A stretch of DNA of 57,620 bases, counting the filler, from Sphacelaria rigidula (taxonomy: Eukaryota), in the NCBI GenBank assembly GCA_964200075.2. It is 9 parts of 9 records of this genome, joined end to end, with 100 filler letters (N's around TTAATTAATTAA, not from the genome) between each part and the next. Parts side by side here need not be neighbours in the genome. Positions count along the whole stretch, not along the records: positions 12,829 to 19,142 come from CAXNAA020020831.1; positions 19,243 to 25,555 come from CAXNAA020020832.1; 7 more parts are not named here. The stretch is one strand, 5' to 3'. Below are positions 13,273 to 25,368 of the stretch, in pieces (within the stretch, counting starts at the first letter, position 1; each line of letters opens with the position of its first letter). A model generated the notes under the pieces. That model did no database searches and was not told where the DNA came from. It saw only the letters and a program-made list of their open reading frames with translations. Both the position numbers and the translations under genes were made by a program.

Positions 13273-13633
13273 GTACTCATGCTCTTGCATGATATAGTCA
13301 TATGATCATTGACCTCGCATCCTTACACAGCGGGATGGGGCACGCCGGGTTTTCGCCGGACCAGGCTCGTAATCAATCACCAAGCGCGAAGTGCCGTGAT
13401 GTGTTCGGCGAGTCGCACGAAGGGTGAGCTGCATGCTGTTAAGATTGTTTGGTCCGAAGCGTACTGATTATCTTGCATATGGATGAAAGCCTACAATGAG
13501 TTGCTTCAACTTCTGGTATAGCCACTGGTAGAGCCACCTCCAGAGACAGCCACGGGTTACACACTGTCTCATGGGTGGGTGGGTGGGTGGCGGGTGTACC
13601 ATGATCATGCATGTCATAGTCGAAGGCCATTGA
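13273..13633 (-). mobile_element. Two tandem 5'-truncated family A copies (about 13273-13573 and 13596-13633) separated and flanked by G-tracts
   Basis: Each begins GTAC(T)CATG on the + strand immediately after a G-rich run. Confidence 0.75.
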
Positions 13634-14116
13634 GGGGGGGTGGAGGTGGGGGGGAGAAGCTGGGTGTACCCACTAAGAAGGGGCGGTTAACGGACTACAA
13701 CACGTGGATCCAGATCCAGTGGGGCGGAATGATGTCTACACCGTGTGTGCATACACACGATTTGGAAGGATAAAAGAATGCTTGATGTGTGATTGTGGTA
13801 CGACCGAAACACAGATAATTGAGCGGCGTATATTGACGGGTGTGTGTGCTTTTCACGCCGTCCCCCCCCCCCCCTCGCGCGCTCCCTCCCCCCGCCCCAT
13901 CATACTTGATTCTCCGCCACTTTCTCGCCACGAACCTGTAGCTTCCCAAGGGATCATCATCAAACCACCTCGTCCCCAATTTTTCATGACTAATACACAC
14001 AAAAACACACATAGCGGAAGGAGACCTTGAACATAATATTTTCGAAGCGCACATCCGGGGCTGCCGCAGTCTCCCTCGCACCCAGCAAAATGAGTCGCCC
14101 CATGTTACGCTCTTAC

Positions 14117-14206
14117 CTCCATCAGGGCCAGCGCTCTCCGATAGTCTTTGGCGTCTGCGCACGCCGCGACCGCTACGCTGTAGCTGCGAACGTTCGGCTG
14201 TACCCC
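14117..14206 (-). CDS. PPR protein, exon
   Basis: 90-bp exon GVQPNVRSYSVAVAACADAKDYRRALALME joins both neighbouring exons in frame; not in the ORF track. Confidence 0.9.
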
Positions 14207-14334
14207 CTGGTAGGTCAGAAATGGCCAGAAACGGTTTCGAACATATTCAAAAACGGGCGAGCGGGGAGGGGGTGGGGGTGGGGCAGGGAGAACGACTTTT
14301 AATATGCTTGATTAGTACAAGACAATGCGCACTG

Positions 14335-14712
14335 TCTTGCATGCCGCAGTCAGAAGACCAGACCTCGCATCCCTACAAACTCGGGACGGAGTGCGCCGGG
14401 TTTTCGCCGGACCAGGCTCGCAATTAATCACCACGAATTAAGCGCCGTGATGTGTTCGGCGAGTAATATGAGAGGTGAGCTGCATACTGCTGAGACTGTT
14501 CCGCTCGAAGCGTACTGATATTTTTGCAAAAGGATGACAGCCTCCAATGACTTGCTCCAGTTTCTGGTATCGCCACTTCCAAAGACAGCCACGGGTTCCA
14601 CACAGCCTCATGGGTGTCTCACCATTTGAAACACCACGTAGTATTGTACGATCATCCCTGTTGCGCGGAATTGACGCTCTGCCAACCCGCACCATATGAT
14701 CTAGCTCGACCA
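14335..14712 (-). mobile_element. Family A retroelement, longest copy in the window
   Basis: Colinear with 13273-13573 and extends further towards the element's 5' side. Confidence 0.75.
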
Positions 14713-15101
14713 CCAGCCGTCATGGTTGCCGCAAAAACAAAAACAAAAACAAGCACAAAAAAAAAAAGAAACAGGGACCTGATCGCCTAGCTTAACGCAG
14801 TAAGTGGCGTGTCTTACAGCGTCGTTGTCAACCGATGCCAACCCCATGAGAGGGTTGAACGTGCGACAACTAAAAAGGTTAACGCCCCACCACCCCCACC
14901 GGCAGCCCTTCGAACGAAGCATAACGTAGCACAGAGCCGCGCACACGAGGGCAGGATTACGTTACGTCACGTCACCCCCTACATGCCACGCCACACGCTC
15001 TGCCACGCAAACGCAACGGGGGTTGAGTATAAAAAAAACACGCATATACACACACATACACACACAAAAACGACGCCGAAACAATCCGCGAAGACACGAA
15101 C

Positions 15102-15239
15102 CTCGGAGCGCATCAAGTCAAGCACGCCAACGGATTTCTCAAACTGTCCGCCCCTCCTGAGCACCACCATGAGAGACGTGTAGGTGATCACGTTGGGAGT
15201 CAGCCCAGAGTCCAGCATGTCTTGCATCAGCTTCTCCGC
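15102..15239 (-). CDS. PPR protein, exon
   Basis: AEKLMQDMLDSGLTPNVITYTSLMVVLRRGGQFEKSVGVLDLMRSE; AG/GT boundaries. Confidence 0.92.
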
Positions 15240-15310
15240 CTGTTCGTAGGTATGTACATAGGTTTGTCCCCCCCCCCCACCCCCCCCCCCCCACCACCCC
15301 GCCTGGAACG

Positions 15311-15345
<35 letters not shown>

Positions 15346-15647
15346 AGCGACGGCAAGGACGACGGTGTTAAAGAGAGAGGTCCCACTGGTGAAGTCTGTC
15401 CGCTTGCTACCTTCGTAGGAAAGATGGTTAGTACATCCATCAAGCTTGGGACGTGAAAACCGTAAACACAGAGAGCTGCAGCAGAAGCAGACGAAAAACA
15501 ACGACACACAGGTGAGATAAATAACTCGGACGAAAGAAACCAACAAAAAGCAAATAACAAGACAGATTAAAAAAACACACACAAAGATAGACAAGACAGA
15601 CGAAACAATCAGAGAAAACGAAGAACAACAAAGAGACAAAAACTCAC

Positions 15648-15836
15648 GATGGCCCATTGCCCCTTCTCGGAGCAGGCACTAATGGCCGCGCTCATCGCGA
15701 CAACGTCCTTCTGCACCCCGTTCGCCTCCATCTCGTCCAGATAGCTCACGGTCCGACCCCACTTGCCCAGCTGCGCCGCCGCGTGTATCGCCGTGGTGTA
15801 GGCATATTTGTCCACCGGCACGCTTTCTTCTTGCAT
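15648..15836 (-). CDS. PPR protein, exon
   Basis: MQEESVPVDKYAYTTAIHAAAQLGKWGRTVSYLDEMEANGVQKDVVAMSAAISACSEKGQWAI; 189 bp. Confidence 0.92.
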
Positions 15837-16559
15837 CTGCGTTTCCATTTTTTTTTTTTACGATCTTAGAGGCCGAGTATCGTTTGTTTCGAAGCAAATC
15901 CCCCCCCCCCCTTTTCCCCAGTTGATATCGTGTACTCCACCTTTTGCAGTGCATAAGTGTGCTCAGATTGGGACAATCGGGATGCAGTTGAACGATAACG
16001 GCACCCACTGCTAAGTTAAGTTAATGAAATCGCGAGACTCGAGCGGTTGTTGTTTCCCGCCCGACTGTCATGTACCCATACACAGCGGGAAAACCGCCCA
16101 GCAAGTATGTCGGTTCTCTGGTCTCTGTTGACTTTCCATTCTTTTTTTCGCGAAATGCCCGGCGTTCACACCCATCGAAAACCAAAACAAAAATTCGGGA
16201 AATTCTTCCGAGGACGTGTAGAAGTGTCAAGTATCTCGGAACACAACCGAGGGAATCAATACCAAACACCATGCACTGGCTGAAAACACGATATTATCCA
16301 TAGTCATTCTCCAGCAGCAGAAAGCGCCACGATTTGACGGGGAAAAAAAAAAAACGTGATATTGGTATTCATAAATGGTCGCCGTTGACCAATGTTTGCT
16401 ACCCTAGGCGAAGGGACGATCTCCATACCAGGACCGAAAATTCGAGCGTCCTTCATACTTGAAACGACCCCCCCTCCCCACACATACTGGCACTGCCGAT
16501 CGTAGACCATTATATATACCTTGGTGTAGAGATCTAAACAAAACTGTTGTTGGGATGCA

Positions 16560-17780
16560 CTCATAAATAAAGCAATAGAAAAGGGTAGGGCACAGGTAGG
16601 CAGGATAGGCGTGATCCTCAGCGACTCGCACCTAGATACTATTAATAGGATTAGATGAAGATATGTATTCTGATGAACGTGATTGTACCAAAGCTGGAAT
16701 ATGCAGGAGAAGTGTGTGGGGGGAACGTGAAGTTGGAGAACAAGTTGGAAACAGTACAGATGGCAGTAGCTACGAAAAAAAATGCTGCTCGAAAACGACG
16801 AGTAATACGGCGTTGAGAGCAGAGTTGGGAATGCAACCACTTGAAGATACGATTGGCTATAACGGAGAACGTTGGTTTCAGGGGGGCTGTACTCTCATGT
16901 AAGCCCCGTCCTGCTCGCTCTTTGGTTCCTACCTGAACATCGACAGCTTTGGGGATGTAAAGTATATAGTACATAAAGGGACATGAGAAAATTACGATAG
17001 CAATATAGCTTAAAGAAGATGCAGAGAAAGAGATTGTCATAGTTCAGGAGCTGTATGGAAGAAAATTACGAAATAGCAGGCTGGAATAAGGTGGGATAGA
17101 GAAGTCGAGAAAGCATGGAAAGAGATAGGAGGAAACCAAGACGGAATACTATCCATAGGTGAAGGCACAGGGTACAAGGCAAAGTAAGAGACATGATAGA
17201 AATAAGGGGAAGAGAAGCGCTCAGACGCAAAGTAACCGAGGAAGAACAACTGAAGGTATACGGCGGGTTGAGAAAGGGGATAGGGATGACAACATATCTT
17301 CATGGTCTAATGAACTCCGCGAAAAAGTTGATTTCGGGTGGGGGACCTGGACCTGGACCTGCCAGACAGGAGAAAAATATATACCAGTAGTTGAGAGGAG
17401 GAAGTAGACGCACAGAACTGCCCCTGTGGCAAAGCAATAGAGAGCATAATTAATATGGTTGCAGAATGTGAAGTATACAAGGAGGAACGGGACATGCTAG
17501 AGGGGGAAATGCGGGACATGAACGAAGGTGGCATGAAATCGTTTGATGCATTGTACAGTAGGGAAAAAACGATGGCTATACTAGGAGATAGATGGTGGCC
17601 ACAGACGACGAAACAGGACTGGGATAAGATATGTAAAATATTCTTGTGTAATGAATGGAAGAAACGTAACGAGCGCCGAAATGTTGGAGGTGTCTCTATT
17701 AGGAGTAGGAACGATGCTCCGTCTCGAAAGGGATGCGTGGTCAATGGTAAAACGACGAAGGTAAGCAACAAATGAGTACG
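16560..17780 (+). mobile_element. Degenerate non-LTR retrotransposon (family B), ORF2 C-terminal part and 3' end
   Basis: Broken frames give VIVPKLEYAGEV...KLETVQ...TSNTALRAELGMQPL (post-RT region), CPCGKAIES..MVAEC (C-terminal zinc-knuckle-like) and ILGDRWWPQ; ends ATGAGTACG followed by a C-tract. Confidence 0.8.
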
Positions 17781-17941
17781 CCCCCCCCGCCCTTCCGCCC
17801 CCCCCACTCCTCGGAAGTACACCCTCTTCCGCACTCCCCTTGCCCCCTTGAAGTGTCAGAGATTCAACATCGATATCGACACTGTTTTGCTTCAATCCAC
17901 CACCATGAATTCGCCGCAAGCCAGTGATTACCATGTTTCAC

Positions 17942-18074
17942 CTGATCCATGAGACGAAGGACCTGATGCCACCGCCCCGCTCGGTCACAGGCGAGCATGG
18001 CACTCGCAAATGTCACCATATCCGGCGGCGCACCGAGCTCCAGCATCTCGTCCAATAAGCTCACGGCCAGCTTC
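17942..18074 (-). CDS. PPR protein, exon
   Basis: KLAVSLLDEMLELGAPPDMVTFASAMLACDRAGRWHQVLRLMDQ; 133 bp; canonical splice sites. Confidence 0.9.
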
Positions 18075-18128
18075 CTGCGAATGCGACGCAAACAAACGAG
18101 AGGGAAACGAGGAGGGGAAGGGGGGGGG

Positions 18129-18965
18129 ACTCATTTGTTGCTTGCGTTCGTCGGTTGACCATTGACCACGCGTCCCTTTCGAGACGGAGCACCGATCCTA
18201 CTAATCGTAAAAGACACCTCCAACATTTTGGGCGCCCGTTACGTTTTTCCATACATTACACACAGCCTTTTTCGTATCTCATTCACTTCTTGTCTCGCCG
18301 TCAGTGGTCACTACCTATCTCCTAGTATAGCGATCGTTTTCTCGCTACCATCTCATCTACCAAGCGATTTCATGTCACAGTCGTTTCGTTCCCATATTCC
18401 CCTCTTCAACACGTCCCGTCCCTCCTCGTACAGTATTCTACTCTCTAATGCTTCGCCACAGGGACAATTATTTTGCATCTACTTTCCTCCTCCACCCGAC
18501 TACTGGCAGGCACAGGTCTCCCGCCCAAAATCGCAGTCGGAGGTTCTTCGCGTGGTCCGTTGGGTCATCCCTATCCCTTCTCTCAACCCCGGTACGTCTT
18601 CAGGTGTTCTTCCTCTTCCAGTCTATCTTGGCACCTGCTTTCCCTTTATTTCTATCGTGTCTCATACTTTTATCTTGTATCCCCCGCTTTCATCGATGTA
18701 CATTATCTCTTCTTGGTTCCCTCCTATACCCTTCCATAATTCCTCGACAACGCTATCCCACCTTGTTCCAGGCCGCCCTCTCATTACTTTCTTCGATACA
18801 GCCTTACCAACCGTGGCTGGTCATATTTTTCTTGGCATTTTCCTTACATGATATTTCGATTCAACTTCCTCTGGTCTCTACTCGTATAAAATGGGAGCAT
18901 TCCCGAATCTGCTCTTAATACTGTATCACTCATCGTTTTTGAGGATCCAAGTTTTCTTAGCTACT
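18129..18965 (-). mobile_element. Family B LINE, 5'-truncated copy in opposite orientation
   Basis: Reverse-complement similarity to about 17000-17780; GGAGGGGA-containing tracts on both sides. Confidence 0.8.
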
Positions 18966-18994
18966 GACACGGAGGGGAGGGCGGAAGGGGGGGT

Positions 18995-19142
18995 GTACTC
19001 ATGATCATGCATATCATAGTCGTAAGACCATCGACCTCGCATCCCTTCAAACCCGGGACGGAGCACACCGGATTTTCGCCGGATCAGGCTCGCACTCAAT
19101 CACCAAGTGCGAAGCGCCCTGGTGTGTTCGGCGAGTCGCATG
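18995..19142 (-). mobile_element. Family A 3' end (runs off the contig)
   Basis: GTACTCATGATCATGCATATCATAGTC... directly after a G-tract. Confidence 0.8.
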
Positions 19143-22100
19143 NNNNNNNNNNNNNNNNNNNNNNNNNNNNNNNNNNNNNNNNNNNNTTAATTAATTAANN
19201 NNNNNNNNNNNNNNNNNNNNNNNNNNNNNNNNNNNNNNNNNNGGCGGGGGGAGATGAAGTGGGAGCAGGGGGGGGGGGGGCGGGAGGGGGGGGGGGGGGG
19301 GGGTCACTCTAAAAAAATGCAGACAAGGCGCAGGCAGTCGACAAGTGAGTGTCGAGTGCATGCCCGACACCATCGGTAACGAGTAATAAGGAGTTTGCGT
19401 GAAATCGAGCGTTTTGCTGGAGGGACGGCACAGAGGACTAAAGGTTTGGCGAACAACTTTGTAAACATATTTGCACGATAAACGAGGTCCCGGGCACGTC
19501 GAGAAGCCGAAGTACAACATTGCACTTACCACCCTTGCCCGGCGCCGGAAGCAGACGCAGCAGCTCCCTTCCTTGGACTGTCCACTTATGTGCTCGCCTC
19601 CCGCTTGGGTGTCACTACAAAAGGTAAGAGGGAAAATGGGCACAAAGTGAGGGAATACGACGACGCAAACAGTCAGATACACCACAAATCCGGATGCGGA
19701 ATCGAGGGCCCTGGAGAATTTGGCATGGCCACCCTATTACACATCACCTATACGTGGCGGCGAATGCGTTTGCTGTACCCCACCACTATGCTGTAGGTAA
19801 ACAAGATGCAGCACAACCCTGATTCACATCGGGTCTTTGTTCAGCAATCAAAAGCAGATCGTTTGCACGGTACCTGGAGAATCGCAGAAGCAGATCGTTT
19901 ACGAGTCCAACGGTTCTCCGAAGTTTTCGGTCATCCTGCGCTCTTTGACCGAACCCGAGCTCCAGGTACATCAAGCCGCCTCCATCCCCCGCGATCCTAC
20001 CGAGAACGAACAAAACCAAACAGCAGACGGACATGTTCCAACCATGCCAGGCTTAATTGATGTGCTTTGTTGTGAACGAATGCGACAGATGGGGCCATTG
20101 GAACACCTGCGCGACCGACACAACATCAAGCTTTAAAGCAGCTTCAGCATTCAACAGTTCTCCGATGAGACGAGCATTGACTGTGAGTTGTAAATGCCTC
20201 ATGTCATTTCAGGTACGATCATACGACACTCGACTCCCCAGCCGTATCGCGCTCGTAGGGATGGCTGCGGAAATACCCAAGGAGGTCCGTCTAACTCCGA
20301 AGCACTGGCCAGGATTGTCTTGAGAATCTGCGTGCTCTGGAGGCTGTTTTCCGAAGGGGAGACCGGAAGGAAGGGGTTCGTTGACGACCATGACGTTTTG
20401 ACCACTAGCATGGATAATTCAAGTTCATTTTTCAGATGATAATGATACCATTCAACAGTTGACTCAAACCTGGCGGTCGCATAGTTGAAGGCAACGAATC
20501 GCAGAGTTGGGTCACTGCCGCTAAGAACTTGGGTGGACGGTACCGAAGGATCTACACAGGGAGAGGCCGAGGAGTTCGAGAAAGCCTGGCCGCGTTCAGA
20601 CCTTTGCCGTTTCGGCCTTCATGACAAGCGAGAGGCTGCTGCGCTGGCAGGTGACCAAAGAATCAGCAGCCGAGTACGAAAATAACCAAAACCCAAGCTC
20701 TGTGTCTAACGAGAGGAAAGGGGGCCGAGGATGATGCATGGGATTTGTGATTCCTTCCCCATCCCATCTCATCACGCGTTTCATCTCTCTGATTTGTTTC
20801 TTCTGGTGTCCTCTCAATTTGTTTTCTCCCGTTCTCGTTCCTCGCATGGTGTTCGACCATTTGCGTCTCTTTTCCTTTGAAGTTATGTTCGAGAGTTGTA
20901 GCCTGATAATGCAGTGTCCGGATCGTTGAGTTTTCAATCTACACCGACGGTCTTGCTGCGTACAGACTCCTGCCTCAAGTCCTGTCGAGGTATCTCTCTG
21001 GTCCGCTCGTCGTTTATCATCCGTGTCCGTGTTCTTTGCGTTTCTAGTATCCTCTCTTGTTTTTTCATGCGCGGCTGAACTCATGGCGAATCAGTCGATG
21101 GACCAACCAATTCCAGCTACCGACCTCGTGCAGTCTGACTAGTTCGTACGATAAATGGTGCATTTTTGACTGCAAAAAGTTGATGGATAGCAACGTTGTC
21201 GACTAAAATGCATCCGTGTGTCATGCCGACACCACGAGTATTCGAGTGCTCTCACGGTGTCCCCGACATTCAACGACCATGAAGAAATCCTCTACAAGCA
21301 CACCTTGTCACCGGCCGCCGTGCACCGAACCCACACCTTCCGGCGCCAAAACAGAATAATCCCCGCCTCATGCAACGCCAGCATCTGCGAAATATCCGAG
21401 CTTGAAGTGACGACCTGCGCTCATCTTGATCGAGTGCCACCACGGATGTCCTTGGCATGGGCGACGACGCCTCCCTCCCCCCATCCAAGGGGGAGTTGTT
21501 TGCAGAGGCGTGCGCACCGGGAGGGGATACAGAGGATGTGGTCCACGACGTTGAACGTCCCTGTGGGACTGAAAACAGCATTCGAAGACCGAATTCTTTG
21601 CGCTGGCGCGGCTGCTCGAACGCGTGGGCTGACATAATCCAGACGTCTGCCTGGATCGGTGAACGCAAAGAGGGTACGGCAGTGCTGAAAGTTGCGTCAA
21701 GTGGGCTTCAGCGGATTATGAGACGTTTGCGGGCGAAAACCTTGTGCGCTCTTTTCTCCAAGGCCTAGCACCAGGCGAGAATTAACATACAACATATACA
21801 GGTTACGTTTCGGCTCATTTTCAAGCCCTGCAGACAGGTGCACTTTTGGTGCATTTTTCACTTGATTTGAGCGTACATATCTTTCGGGGCCTGTTCATTT
21901 CATGAACCTCTGAGAAGCCAACATTTCTTCATTTGATTTCAAAGTACACTTTTTCGCTTATTAATACGTATCAGCCTCTTCGGTTGCAAATCGCTGGGCT
22001 TGGGGTTTTTTTCCGTCCTGCTCAGGTTTGCGGTGCACACCCTTTCGGCGCTGTGTTCTCAATGGCATTTTGACGTTTGATGCATTTCCTCGTTGAACGG

Positions 22101-22325
22101 GGGATCCTTTGACCGTCGCAGATGCCACCTCTTCCCGTACACAGGCCCCACCTTCATTCGTGGAACCGGTGTTGTTTTCACTTGAATATTTAATCGGCAT
22201 CATGCTCAGTAGGATGAGCTGTGCGGAACGACTCTCCGTTCAATCTCGGGGCACACCGGGAGCATGTTGTGATCTTGCCCGCATGTCGCATCGTCTCGAA
22301 TGTACTTCCCTTTTAGTGTCTCTAG

Positions 22326-22327
<2 letters not shown>

Positions 22328-22358
<31 letters not shown>
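22328..22358. repeat. (CTG)n microsatellite
   Basis: Direct reading. Confidence 0.9.
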
Positions 22359-22399
22359 ACTACCCTGCCGTACATGCGTCTTTTTCGTGAAGAGTCGGC

Positions 22400-22570
22400 A
22401 GACGGTCGCCCCGGTGGTTCAGTTGGTAACCCCGAAACCTCATGACGGTTGGGTCGTGGGTTCGAACCTCAGTGCAGTCACATGATCTGGAATTTTATCT
22501 CACACCATGTCCAGCAGTGGACGGCGACGATGTCTTGGGCAGACATAATCCGATTTCAGGGTCGACGAAG
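22400..22570 (+). mobile_element. tRNA-derived SINE, 5' part
   Basis: A box TGGTTCAGTTGG and B box GGTTCGAACC; body homologous to 56978-57335, 45000-45224 and 32069-32150. Confidence 0.75.
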
Positions 22571-22779
22571 CTCATGTATATATATATATATATATATATG
22601 AAGGATCGAATACCATATAAGCGTACAATTTGGCGCAAGTAGTACATACAGTACATTCATTCTGAGAGCGCGTTGGGAGTTTCGTGACTTCCAGCCCGCC
22701 TCGGGCACACGGCAGAAACGATCGTTGAAAACATGGTCGCATCCACTTGACAAGGACGGTACTGTGTTCTTTCTTCACG

Positions 22780-23360
22780 ACCCTGCAGCTCATTCTCAAC
22801 AATTGACGCGGCAACCAAAGCACCCACTTCGGTGATTTCGAGCTTGCTGATGTTCTCGAGGGCGCAGGAATAGCGAAAAATGCCGCACTGTAATAAATTC
22901 CACCGGTCCAACGCCATCGCTCCTGAGTCCGCGTCGAATGCTACGACCTGCGGATTTCGACAAACAGGAGCAAAAACGAGGGTTCATCGTATTCTCATGT
23001 TGGCAACAGTCGTGAGATGACTGTATGCTTCATGAGAAAAAGGTTACGGGTCGGATTCCCGGGGCCCACCAACGCAACGAAAACATAATTCCCCGAAGTT
23101 AAGTGAGAAGCGAAACATTTGAAACGTTGGTGGGGAATCAGTACAACTTGCGGGTGTCACCGAAACGTTTGCGGCCGAGAATGTTAGCTCCGCAAACCAA
23201 CACATGAAGCATGGTAACAAAAACAGGCACATATGCCCTCACCACTAGACGGCGAAAAGGTTACCTGTGCATACCTCTTCGCGTCGAAGACACACAAAGA
23301 GGCTGAAAAGGAGGGAGGGGTGGCGTGGATGCCATCATTTAGACGATTATCCTCCCCACA
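22780..23360 (-). pseudogene. Possible decayed Ulp1/C48 peptidase remnant (transposon-associated)
   Basis: Across stops and frameshifts, in the expected order: RLNDGI, VVLIP(TNVSN)..SH and QCGIF. Weak, by-eye motif match only. Confidence 0.25.
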
Positions 23361-24058
23361 AGTTCTTCCCAAAGGCTCATCGCCCTGTCGCACCCTTCAA
23401 TTTTTATGAGCGCGTTCTGCGGGCACCACCACCTGGCTCCGGTAGCGGAAGATAACTATGACGAACAACACTGAAATAATGAACGATACCTTCAAATTCG
23501 TGGGAACATTACCCCGCGTGCCACCAGCTGCTGGCTTTGTATCATCAGCAAGAGACCAAGGCAACGCAGTCTTCGATACTAATGCGCGCTATGGTCAACA
23601 GCGTCTCGTGTGCATTCCTCACCAACGCACGCCTCTCGCTTAAAGCTCGTTCATCACGAGAGCGCGGAGCAGCGTACAGCGGATCACCTTCGAGAACACT
23701 TCCGTCGAATCCATTGGGTGCGATAGTACTGATGAAACCACAACGTCGACAACTAGGCTGGGCATGAGTCCCCAGTCGCCATTTCCCGCAACAAATGTAG
23801 ATTCGTCACCGTCAGCCACCACGAAGTCCAAAAGTGTTTGCCACCTGAGCACACCCAGATAAACTTGTGAATTATTCATGTTATGGCTACTTTTCTTCAG
23901 CTTTGCCATATACTCCACTACTCGCTGACCTTACCCCCCCCGCGCGCGCGCTAGTCCGTGAGCGAAGCCAAGACCCATTTCTACGCCAACTGCAAGGGGG
24001 CGTCAAATCAGTGGTGGCTGAGACCTGGATCCCGCTTGGCGAGCGATGTACAAAATAT

Positions 24059-25368
24059 TAGGGTTGTGAACTGGACCAGTTTGTACTGGCAGTTGAAGTG
24101 TAACTGGTTTAACTGTAACTGGTGATGAGGACTCCAGTTTATTCACTTTCTTTGAAGTTTGCCGTTACCGGCTATGTTTGTACCATTTTTATTATGGTGC
24201 GTTCATAACAAAGATGCTTACATGATTACGAACAAAATGGCAATAGGATTGGGGTCTGCACCTAAGATTAATGCCGAGATAGCCCCCCCACAAAAAGTGC
24301 ACCGACACCACCCAACGAACCGGCTGCGATCCCACTATTGGGCTCGTTTGCAGCGATTTCGCCCACATGAGAGAAGTGTAGCAGTCTGAAATCAGCTACA
24401 ACGCCCAAATCAGTCGCATCGTACAGCACGAAACCAGCTTTAACGGCACTTATGATCATCGCCTCCGTGCACGTTTTTGGCCGATTCAGGGGGGGGCTAT
24501 CTCGGCAGCAGTCCTGACAACAGTACAGGTAGACGGTACAGTACAGTACTCGTGGTCACTACACCTTGAAGTGATATTGCGGATATATGCCAAGTTTGTC
24601 GTTTCAAAGCACGGCATATATCTGGAATCAAAAACAGCATACAAACGGTACTCCGCCACCAAAGAATACAAAGTACACCATGGCTTGCGATTCAACTGCA
24701 TGCGTGCTTGTCGGTCCGGACGTCAATCATTTTGTGCTCTTGTCTCCGCGTGCTGTCATCCTTGGCTTGTTTGCATCCTCCTCTCCTCACGGAGAGTTTG
24801 CTGCTGCATATTACAGATAAATGATTTTCGAATCGCACACAGCTTTGAATGGGATTCAAATGTCATCCGAGAGTGCCTAAAAACAGCAATCCGAGACCCT
24901 ATGCCCCTTTTTTGAATCCTGGAATCTTTCGGGGGGCGGGGGGTACTAAATCTTGTACATAGTTTTAAAGAAGGAAGAATAAACTGAAAGAAACAGTATA
25001 CAAAAAATTAAAATTCGTGTTCATGAAGCTTTAATTCTTCGCATACCTTCGAAGCCAAGTAACGCCACAATGCTCGGCAACGCTTGCTCAATCAAGCTAG
25101 ACGCAACTAACTGCACCGTAAATTTGCGTACAATGTGCGTCGCATCTTGTGGTGGTAGATAGGGCCAACAAACATGGGCGCTACCTCACCCCAGTCGCCC
25201 CTAAATGGCCATTTATTTAGTGTTTCTTAATGTGAAAAAAAAATACTACGACCGCCGCAGGGGGGGGCGGGGAGGGCTTCGCCGATTAACTGGAAAACAA
25301 TCGATGTACTGGCCGCTGGCGCGGCCAGTTGAAACTTAAGTGGCCAGAGTAGTCAGTTCACAGCCCTA
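24059..25368. mobile_element. Non-autonomous hAT-like DNA transposon
   Basis: TIRs TAGGGTTGTGAACTG and CAGTTCACAGCCCTA; subterminal AACTGG/CCAGTT repeats; near-identical 8-bp flanks CAAAATAT and ACAAATAT. Confidence 0.6.

Noticed and set aside
18162..18851. 229-aa ORF
   Set aside because: Antisense reading of a family B LINE copy.
84..19142. A and B termini as imperfect TIRs of one DNA transposon
   Set aside because: Isolated short copies carry their own TSDs (51872-51962, 53540-53649), neighbours lie in the same orientation, and B has LINE ORF2 motifs.
22400..22475. Functional tRNA gene
   Set aside because: No clean cloverleaf; it continues into a body shared by dispersed copies, so it is a SINE head.
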